From: an uncultured bacterium
GTDB taxonomy: Bacteria > SAR324 > NAC60-12
Assembly: GCA_965662845.1 (NCBI GenBank)
Contig: CBFIJD010000043.1
Coordinates: 1 to 23,408 of the forward strand
DNA length: 23,408 bases
Reading direction: 5' to 3'
Every line of letters begins with the position of its first letter. Within the stretch, counting starts at the first letter, position 1. This document shows, in pieces, positions 16,505-23,408 of the stretch. The position numbers were made by a program, and so were the translations under genes. A model generated the notes under the pieces. It did not search any database. It was not told where the DNA came from and saw only the letters and a list, made by a program, of their open reading frames with translations.

Positions 16505-17749
16505 TCACAACATCCCCATCTGCCTTTTCCCCAACTCGGTCAGGTCCTCCACTGTGGCGCGCCCTACAAAACCAACTTCGTAGTCCTCTGGCGCGAAGTC
16601 TGGACACGAGCGGCCAGCCTGGAAGGCTTCGGCTTGACGCGGCAGAAAATCGCGGTTCTTGGCGCAGTCTGGGGCAGCGCCGATGTACATGACGTTGCTG
16701 TAGCCAGAACCTGTGTGGTGATCTTCGACGGCATGAATGACGTCTGGATGCCACCAGACCGTGTCACCGGCGTTCACTTCAGGGATTGGAACCAGCGCGT
16801 CTAGCAGCAGCTGGTGGTACTCCGGCGTCACCGAAAGCGCTCGCCCAGGCTGCGCGTTGCAGAGGCTGTCCGCCGGCACGTCGTCTTGCAGCGCGCGCAG
16901 CAGTATCCACGACATCGCTTGTGTAAGAGGAACCAGCTGCAGCGTCCCGTCTCCAGGCCCCTGCGGAGTCAGCGCTGTCCAACCTTGATAGGTGCGGAAC
17001 ATTTGGCACACAGCTGGAGAGGGGATCTCTTCCGTGCTCGTGCGAAACGCGGCGTCAAACGGGTTGTGCTGCTGCCAATTGCCCGCGAACACCTGCCGAT
17101 AGACGTTGCGGTACCCCGGATCGATCCAGCGCTCCACGGAGCCGCCGTCGACATGCGGCGAGAGGCCGAGCGTGTTGTCTCCGGGTTGACGCCGCCGAAT
17201 GCGATCGGCGTACAGGCACTCTTGGTCAGGGTTGAAGACATCCCCCGCTGCGCTCTGAAAGTTCCACAAGCGATTCAGCCACTGTCGTGTCTGCGCCAGC
17301 TCTTCGGACTGCCGCGCCTGCATCTGCGGCTTCGACCAATACAACCCGAAAATTTGTGGCCGATCAGAGGCCAGCTGACTGAAATATTTGTCCAGTCCGC
17401 GCTTCTTTTTCTCGAGCGTGTAATAGTCGTTCGACTCGATATACTCGGCGAGCTGCGCGTTCCAATCTTCGCACTGCGCCTGCGTGAACACGCCTCGCAC
17501 CACAACACAGCCTCGCTTGCGCACCAGGTCTCTCTGGGCTTCTGAGATGGTTCCGTCACGCAGCTCCGCGAATGGAAGGGTGGGGACAGGCGAGACGCCT
17601 TGCGCCTGCAAGTCTTGAATTTCTTGCACTTCTTGCTGGATGGCGGCGCTCAGTTCGGCGAAGGCTTGGGCTACGTTTGGCTGTGCAGCACACAGCTCTT
17701 GTTTGGTTTGGGCGATGAGCGAGGGGAGCGCTTCTAGGTTGATAGGCAT
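16505..17749 (-). CDS. ybiU: YbiU / DUF1479 (Gig2-like) non-heme Fe oxygenase-fold protein
   Basis: RGCVVVRGVF, PQIFGLYWSKPQMQAR, YADRIRRRQPG, LSPHVDGGSVERW, FRTYQGWTAL, GDTVWWHPDVIHAVE, NVMYI; ATG at 17749 preferred (GTG at 17761 possible). Confidence 0.9.
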   Translation of the reverse strand: MPINLEALPSLIAQTKQELCAAQPNVAQAFAELSAAIQQEVQEIQDLQAQGVSPVPTLPFAELRDGTISEAQRDLVRKRGCVVVRGVFTQAQCEDWNAQLAEYIESNDYYTLEKKKRGLDKYFSQLASDRPQIFGLYWSKPQMQARQSEELAQTRQWLNRLWNFQSAAGDVFNPDQECLYADRIRRRQPGDNTLGLSPHVDGGSVERWIDPGYRNVYRQVFAGNWQQHNPFDAAFRTSTEEIPSPAVCQMFRTYQGWTALTPQGPGDGTLQLVPLTQAMSWILLRALQDDVPADSLCNAQPGRALSVTPEYHQLLLDALVPIPEVNAGDTVWWHPDVIHAVEDHHTGSGYSNVMYIGAAPDCAKNRDFLPRQAEAFQAGRSCPDFAPEDYEVGFVGRATVEDLTELGKRQMGML

Positions 17750-17757
17750 GATTGTTC

Positions 17758-18393
17758 TCACGGCAGAAATTGCAAAATACTGTCGTCCTTGAGCACCTCG
17801 GCTAACGCTCGAATCGCTTGAGTAGGCTCTTGAAAGTGTACGGTCTGAAAGCCCAGCGCGTGCGCGGTCTCGACGTTGCGGGGAGCGTCGTCAATAAAGA
17901 CACAGTCGGTGGCGCGAAACCCATTCCGTGCCAAGAAAAGCTCAAAGATGCGCGGGTCCGGTTTGGCCAACTTCTCTTTCCCCGAGACGGTGATGCTCTG
18001 GAATCGTTTCAGAAATTCAAAGCGCTCTTGAGCATACGGGAAGGTCTCCGCCGACCAGTTTGTGATCGCGTGCAGGGGTCTCCCTTGCTGATGCAAGTGT
18101 TCCAGCACGTTGACCATCGGTTCGACCGCGCCGCCGAGCATCTCTGGCCACCGGTTGACCCAACTCAAGATCGCGGTTTTGTATTTTTCTGCGCTTGCCT
18201 CTGCCAGCTCACGGATCGCGTCCCGCGGCGAACGCCCTGCGTCTATTTCGTGGTTCCACTGCGGGGTCGCAACCTCTCTCAAAAAAAACTCCATCTCCGC
18301 TTCATCCTGAAAAATCTTCCGATACAGCAGCCGCGGATCCCAATGGATCAAAACCGCGCCAAGGTCAAACACAACAATGGGGAAATTACTCAT
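17758..18393 (-). CDS. HAD-superfamily phosphatase/hydrolase (subfamily IA, DLGxV type)
   Basis: Motif I VVFDLGAVL, II ITNW, III KPD, IV FIDD...NV. Confidence 0.9.
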   Translation of the reverse strand: MSNFPIVVFDLGAVLIHWDPRLLYRKIFQDEAEMEFFLREVATPQWNHEIDAGRSPRDAIRELAEASAEKYKTAILSWVNRWPEMLGGAVEPMVNVLEHLHQQGRPLHAITNWSAETFPYAQERFEFLKRFQSITVSGKEKLAKPDPRIFELFLARNGFRATDCVFIDDAPRNVETAHALGFQTVHFQEPTQAIRALAEVLKDDSILQFLP

Positions 18394-18664
18394 GCAAAAC
18401 ACTCAAATAAGAGAGAACAAAACAGGTTTCTTACGATTTAAATTCGGCCCAGAAAAATAAATTGTTCGGCGAGATAGTGCAAACTTCTCCTGAAGCAACA
18501 CCAACACGCGATTCACAACTAAACCACTGAAAACACTTCTAAATATCAGATCGTGTCTCAAAAATATAACTTGCCTTCGAGGTTTTTTACTGGAAGGCTT
18601 TTTTGTCACTTTCTGATCACATCAGGAACCCTTGACAGCTACTTTCACATCACTCGGAGGAAAA

Positions 18665-19918
18665 ATGTTCAAGAAGATGCTAGGCGCAGTTGCCGCCGTC
18701 GCAATGACCGCAGGAATCGCTGGGAGCGTTGCTGCACAAGAAAACGTTGAAGTGTTGCACTGGTGGACTGCCGGTGGGGAAGCCGCCGCGCTGAACGTCT
18801 TAAAAGAAGACCTCGAAAGCAAAGGCGTGAGCTGGAAAGACATGCCCGTCGCCGGCGGCGGTGGCGAACAAGCGATGACCGTCCTCCGCGCTCGTGTGAC
18901 CTCAGGCAACGCGCCGACCGCTGTCCAGATGCTCGGGTTTGACATTCAAGATTGGGGCGCTCAAGGCGCCGCCGCCGATTTGACGACCGTCGCTCGCCAA
19001 GAGAACTGGGACGAGGTGATTCCCGCCGCGCTGCAACGCTTCGCCAAGCATGACGGCAAGTGGATCGCGGCCCCGGTCAACGTCCACACGACCAACTGGA
19101 TCTGGGCCAACAAAGCCGCAATGGACAAAATTGGAGCGCAGCCACCAGAGACCTTCGACGAGTTGATCGAGGTTATGGAGGCGCTCCGTGACGCCGGCTA
19201 CATTCCTCTCGCGCACGGCGGGCAGGCTTGGCAAGAAGCGACCATCTTCGACAGCGTCGTGCTCTCCACCGGTGGCGTCAACTTCTACCAGAGAGCCTTG
19301 ATTGACCTCGACCCCGAGGCGCTCGGTTCACAGACCATGATCACCGTCTTTGAGCGCATGGGGAAGCTGCGTGAGTTCGTGGACCCCAACTTCTCTGGCC
19401 GTGACTGGAACTTAGCCTCAGCGATGGTGATTGAAGGCAAAGCCGGCATGCAGATTATGGGAGACTGGGCCAAGGGCGAGTTCCTGAAAGCCGGTCAAAC
19501 TCCCAACGAAGAGTTCCTCTGCTTCCGCTTCCCTGGAACGCGCGGCGCCGTGACCTTCAACTCGGATCAGTTCGTGATGTTCCAAGTCGGCGCTGACCGA
19601 CGCCCTGCCCAGGCCAAGCTCGCAAGCTCGATCTTAGACCCCAACTTCCAATCTGCATTCAATGTAGTCAAAGGCTCCGTTCCAGCGCGCACGGATGTGC
19701 CTGACGCAGACTTTGACGCTTGCGGCAAGAAAGGCATGAAAGAGCTTGCTGCTGCCGCGATGACCGGCGGGATGCTGGGGAGCCTCGCCCACGGACACGC
19801 CGCTCCAGCTGCCGTTAAGAACGCGATGTATGACGTCATCACCGCGCACTTCAATGGCGAAATGAGCGCCGCTGCTGCCGCTGAAGAATTGGTCAACGCG
19901 GTGGATGCCGCCCGCTGA
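18665..19918 (+). CDS. gtsA: Glucose/mannose-type sugar ABC transporter substrate-binding protein
   Basis: GGAGG RBS; signal peptide; [58 protein letters not shown] typical of GtsA/GltB proteins. Confidence 0.88.
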   Translation: MFKKMLGAVAAVAMTAGIAGSVAAQENVEVLHWWTAGGEAAALNVLKEDLESKGVSWKDMPVAGGGGEQAMTVLRARVTSGNAPTAVQMLGFDIQDWGAQGAAADLTTVARQENWDEVIPAALQRFAKHDGKWIAAPVNVHTTNWIWANKAAMDKIGAQPPETFDELIEVMEALRDAGYIPLAHGGQAWQEATIFDSVVLSTGGVNFYQRALIDLDPEALGSQTMITVFERMGKLREFVDPNFSGRDWNLASAMVIEGKAGMQIMGDWAKGEFLKAGQTPNEEFLCFRFPGTRGAVTFNSDQFVMFQVGADRRPAQAKLASSILDPNFQSAFNVVKGSVPARTDVPDADFDACGKKGMKELAAAAMTGGMLGSLAHGHAAPAAVKNAMYDVITAHFNGEMSAAAAAEELVNAVDAAR

Positions 19919-19927
19919 CGAAGCCTC

Positions 19928-19954
19928 GCCGACCTCTCTGAGGTCGGTTTTTTT
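19928..19954 (+). terminator. Terminator-like hairpin between the binding-protein and permease genes
   Basis: gccgacctc-tct-gaggtcggt followed by a T run (T7 including the stem T). Confidence 0.7.
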
Positions 19955-19972
19955 CCCAGCGAGACCGCCTTC

Positions 19973-20866
19973 ATGAGTACCTATATTTCGCAGAGTTGGT
20001 GGCAACGCAACTTGCCCAAACTCGTCCTCTCACCCAGTTTTGCGATGAGCCTGTTCTTTGTGTATGGCTTCATCCTCTTCACCACATACCTCTCGTTCAC
20101 CAACTCCCGCTTGCTGCCCGCCTTCGATCTGATTGGCTGGGAAAACTACGAGAAGCTCTTCCGGCTACGCCACTGGAGCACCGCCCTTGAGAACCTCGCG
20201 ATCTTCGGGAGCCTCTACATTGGCATCTGCGTCGTGCTCGGGCTCGGCTTAGCGATTCTGCTGGATCAGCGCATTCGCGGGGAAGGGTTGATTCGCCCGA
20301 TCTATCTCTACCCAATGGCGATCTCGTTTATCGTCACCGGCACGGCGTGGAAATGGTTCCTCGACCCCGGCATTGGCGTGCAGCAGATTGTGCAGTCTTG
20401 GGGATTTGAGGAGTTCGTCTTCACGTGGATCAAAGACCGCAACATGGCGATCTACTGCATCGTGATCGCCGCCGTGTGGCAAAGCTCTGGCTTTGTGATG
20501 GCGATGTTTCTCGCGGGCTTGCGCGGCATCGACACCGAAGTTCTCTCTGCGGCGCAAGTGGATGGCGCTCGTGGGTTCCGCCTCTACTGGCGCGTGGTGA
20601 TTCCCCAGCTGCGCCCCGTCTTTCTCTCGGCGTTTGTGGTCTTGGCACACCTCGCGATCAAGTCCTATGACTTGGTGATCGCGCTCACGAACGGAGGGCC
20701 CGGACGCGCCACCGAGTTGCCTTCGACCTTCATGTACTCGTACACTTTCACGCGGAGTCAGATGGGCATCGGGGCCAGCTCTGCGGTCATCATGCTCATC
20801 ACCATCGCCGCGATCATCGTGCCCTATCTCTACTCTGAAATTCGACAGGAGCGCCATGGTCGTTGA
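19973..20866 (+). CDS. gtsB: Sugar ABC transporter permease
   Basis: Multiple TM segments; EAA-like loop SAAQVDGA; CUT1 MalF-type motifs. Confidence 0.88.
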   Translation: MSTYISQSWWQRNLPKLVLSPSFAMSLFFVYGFILFTTYLSFTNSRLLPAFDLIGWENYEKLFRLRHWSTALENLAIFGSLYIGICVVLGLGLAILLDQRIRGEGLIRPIYLYPMAISFIVTGTAWKWFLDPGIGVQQIVQSWGFEEFVFTWIKDRNMAIYCIVIAAVWQSSGFVMAMFLAGLRGIDTEVLSAAQVDGARGFRLYWRVVIPQLRPVFLSAFVVLAHLAIKSYDLVIALTNGGPGRATELPSTFMYSYTFTRSQMGIGASSAVIMLITIAAIIVPYLYSEIRQERHGR

Positions 20867-21719
20867 ACAAGGCTTCAAGCCTTTGCGTGTGGCGCTCTAC
20901 GCCGTGCTGCTGGTGTTCTCGCTGTTCTACCTGCTGCCGATGTTTATCATGGTGGTAAACTCGCTCAAGCCGCTAGAAGAGATCCGCGGCGGGAACATGC
21001 TCGCCTTCCCCGAAATGTGGACGCTAGAGCCGTGGAGCAGCGCGTGGAGCAGCGCCCAGATCGGCGTGCAAGCCACTGGGCTCAAGCCCTACTTCATCAA
21101 CTCGATTGTGATGGCCATTCCGGCGGTGATCCTCTCGACGCTGCTCGGCGCAATCAACGGCTACGTGCTCACCAAGTGGCGCTTTCCGGGGCATAACCTC
21201 ATCTTCGGGCTGATGCTCTTCGGCTGCTTCATCCCCTTCCAGACCGTGCTGATTCCGATGGCGCGAGTGCTCGGGCTGCTGGGGATCGCCGGGACTTCAG
21301 GGGGCTTGATCTTGGTGCACCTCGTTTATGGACTCGGCTTCAGCACGCTCTACTTCCGCAACTATTATGAGGCGTTTCCCAATGAGTTGATCCGCGCAGC
21401 ACAAATGGACGGCGCCAACTTCTGGCAGATCTTCACGCGGATTTTGCTGCCCAGCTCTGGCCCCATCGTGGTGGTGAACGTCATTTGGCAGTTCACGAAC
21501 ATCTGGAACGACTTCCTGTTTGGTGCCTCCTTCGCAGACGCCGATTCACAGCCGATGACCGTCGCGCTCAACAACTTGGTGAGCTCGTCCACCGGCGTGA
21601 AAGAATACAACGTCCACTTCGCCGGAGCGATCCTCGCCGCCTTGCCCACTCTCTTCGTTTACATCGTCGCGGGACGCTACTTCGTCCGCGGCTTGATGGC
21701 CGGATCAGTCAAAGGATAA
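20856..21719 (+). CDS. gtsC: Sugar ABC transporter permease
   Basis: ELIRAAQMDGA loop, IWNDFLFG; overlaps the upstream gene by 11 nt. Confidence 0.88.
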   Translation: MVVEQGFKPLRVALYAVLLVFSLFYLLPMFIMVVNSLKPLEEIRGGNMLAFPEMWTLEPWSSAWSSAQIGVQATGLKPYFINSIVMAIPAVILSTLLGAINGYVLTKWRFPGHNLIFGLMLFGCFIPFQTVLIPMARVLGLLGIAGTSGGLILVHLVYGLGFSTLYFRNYYEAFPNELIRAAQMDGANFWQIFTRILLPSSGPIVVVNVIWQFTNIWNDFLFGASFADADSQPMTVALNNLVSSSTGVKEYNVHFAGAILAALPTLFVYIVAGRYFVRGLMAGSVKG

Positions 21720-21723
21720 CTTC

Positions 21724-22830
21724 ATGTCATTTTTGCAAATCGACCACGTCTCCAAAAAATTCGGCGAGACCGTGGTGCTTCACGACGTTGACATCACGAT
21801 GGAAGCCGGCGAGTTTCTGGTGCTGGTCGGACCTTCTGGCTGCGGGAAGTCCACGCTCTTGAACATGATCGCAGGGCTAGAAGAAGTCTCCACGGGGAGC
21901 ATCTTGATCAACGGGCGTGACATCACGCGCCTGCACCCTTCCGAGCGTGACATCGCGATGGTTTTTCAGTCGTATGCGCTCTATCCCAACATGAACGTCA
22001 GCGACAACATCGGCTTTGGCTTGGAGATGCGCAAAGTGCCCAAGCCTGAACGCGAGAAAGCGATCCAGTCTGTCGCCAAAACCCTACAAATTGAGCACTT
22101 GCTCGACCGCAAGCCGCGGCAGCTCTCTGGAGGACAGCGCCAACGCGTCGCGATGGGGCGCGCTCTGGTGCGTGATCCACAAGTGTTCTTGTTCGACGAA
22201 CCGCTCTCGAACCTCGACGCCAAGCTGCGCGTGGATATGCGCACAGAGATCAAACGTTTGCATCAAGCCATGTCTGCGACGATTGTGTATGTGACGCACG
22301 ACCAGATCGAGGCGATGACCTTAGCCACGCGCATCGCAGTCATGAACGGCGGCTGGGTTCAACAGTTGGGCACACCCGATCAGATTTACACCGACCCAGC
22401 GAACACCTTCGTGGCCTCGTTCATGGGGTCACCGTCCATGAACCTGCTCGAAGCGACTGCCGAAATCAGCGGCGACCAAGCCGAGTTGCTCGTCGCGCAA
22501 CGAGTGGGAGAGCCGCTGCGCCTGAAACTGCCGCATCCTCCCCAGAGCTTGCAGAACGGCAAGGTTACTCTCGGCTTGCGCCCAGAGCACATCACCGACC
22601 CTGAGAGCGCCGATCGTAAGTCTGGTGCCCTGCAGACGCTCCCGTGTTTGGTGGACGTCGTGGAACCCACCGGCGCAGACACCTTCGTCGTCATTGAACT
22701 CGGAGGCACAGAGACCAACTGCCGCATGCGCTCCGACATTCGCCTCAACGTTGGGCAGCCGACTGACATCACGTTCAACATGGGACGCGCCGCGCTGTTC
22801 GATCCTGAGAGCGGCGAGCGGATTCGATAG
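21724..22830 (+). CDS. Sugar ABC transporter ATP-binding protein (MalK/GtsD type)
   Basis: Walker A GPSGCGKST, VFQSYALYP, LSGGQRQRVAMGRA, FDEPLSNLDAKLR, YVTHDQ; C-terminal TOBE-like region. Confidence 0.95.
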   Translation: MSFLQIDHVSKKFGETVVLHDVDITMEAGEFLVLVGPSGCGKSTLLNMIAGLEEVSTGSILINGRDITRLHPSERDIAMVFQSYALYPNMNVSDNIGFGLEMRKVPKPEREKAIQSVAKTLQIEHLLDRKPRQLSGGQRQRVAMGRALVRDPQVFLFDEPLSNLDAKLRVDMRTEIKRLHQAMSATIVYVTHDQIEAMTLATRIAVMNGGWVQQLGTPDQIYTDPANTFVASFMGSPSMNLLEATAEISGDQAELLVAQRVGEPLRLKLPHPPQSLQNGKVTLGLRPEHITDPESADRKSGALQTLPCLVDVVEPTGADTFVVIELGGTETNCRMRSDIRLNVGQPTDITFNMGRAALFDPESGERIR

Positions 22831-22953
22831 CTTTGGGCCGAGCCAAAGACGCTTGAGAGCGGCGGCTGCGCGCACTTTGCTCTCGATGGTGAGCATGGAG
22901 AGAGCGCCTTCGCTGCCCAAACGTCCCATCCCACAGCGTCTTCCCCGCGAGCG

Positions 22954-23403
22954 TCAGCCCTTCAAGCGCGTGCGCCGGCGGTTCTCTGCTTCACGGAAAC
23001 GCTTTTTCTCAATGTCCGTTTTGGGTTCCAGCGGCGGGACAGGCGCGGGTTTGCTGTGCTCATCAACGTGCACCATCGTGAAATAGCAGCTGTTCGTGTG
23101 CGCGACGATTCCCTTCTGCACATTCTCGGCGACGACTTTGATGCCCACCTCCATCGAAGTTTTGCCCGTGTAGTTGATGCTCGCGAGGAACGTCACCAAG
23201 GTGCCAATCGGGATCGGGTCACGAAACAACACCTGATCCACAGAGAGCGTGACGACGTAGCCACCGCAATAGCGGCTGGCGCAAGCGTAGGCGACCTGAT
23301 CGAGCAGCTTTAGCAGGTCGCCGCCATGTACGTTTCCCGTGAAGTTGGCTTTGTCCGGCGTCATCAGCACCGACATGCTGAGCTTGTGGCGTTCGAGGTT
23401 CAC
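22954..23403 (-). CDS. Acyl-CoA thioesterase (hotdog fold, YciA-like)
   Basis: MTPDKANFTGNVHGGDLLKLLD, VVTLSVD, GKTSMEVGIKV, YFTMV; frame is open to the window edge so the start is uncertain. Confidence 0.9.
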   Translation of the reverse strand: MNLERHKLSMSVLMTPDKANFTGNVHGGDLLKLLDQVAYACASRYCGGYVVTLSVDQVLFRDPIPIGTLVTFLASINYTGKTSMEVGIKVVAENVQKGIVAHTNSCYFTMVHVDEHSKPAPVPPLEPKTDIEKKRFREAENRRRTRLKG

Positions 23404-23408
23404 TCCGT

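Noticed and set aside
16814..17545. 243-aa plus-strand ORF, and similar antisense or alternate-frame ORFs (1601-2152, 2181-2714, 4667-5260, 6226-6735, 17818-18441, 20249-20878, 22386-22934)
   Set aside because: They overlap well-supported genes and are Arg/Ser-rich shadow frames typical of GC-rich coding DNA.
22831..22910. Hairpins after the ABC ATPase (ctttgg..ccaaag; gctctc..gagagc) as terminators
   Set aside because: Short stems with no U-tract on either strand.

Overview
Gene-dense bacterial chromosomal window (moderately GC-rich; the gene set feels deltaproteobacteria/SAR324-like, but that is only an impression). It holds 23 well-supported CDSs: the 3' end of a Ca-binding-repeat/LamG surface protein, hisC, an exported protein-surA-queF operon, a stand-alone acetolactate synthase, a DUF62 SAM hydrolase/halogenase-family gene plus a small acidic protein, a minus-strand run (J-domain protein, mnmG, hflC, folC, SH3-M14 peptidase), an orphan fliN-like/fliM-like pair, a HAD phosphatase + YbiU/DUF1479 oxygenase pair divergent from a glucose-type (gtsABCD) sugar ABC operon, and an acyl-CoA thioesterase. 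I saw no rRNA, tRNA, CRISPR array, integrase or transposase. Best candidates for something undescribed: (1) a J-domain/HEAT/degenerate-MshEN protein divergent from a reversed, degenerate FliN-FliM pair (FliM lacks both its CheY-P-binding N-terminus and its GGxG FliG-binding motif), across a 517-bp spacer with IHF- and sigma54-like motifs; (2) a DUF62 enzyme whose FHGRD active-site loop reads FDGLH; (3) a HAD + YbiU + sugar-ABC module that may be an uncharacterised sugar pathway. All family calls are by motif recognition; no searches were run.
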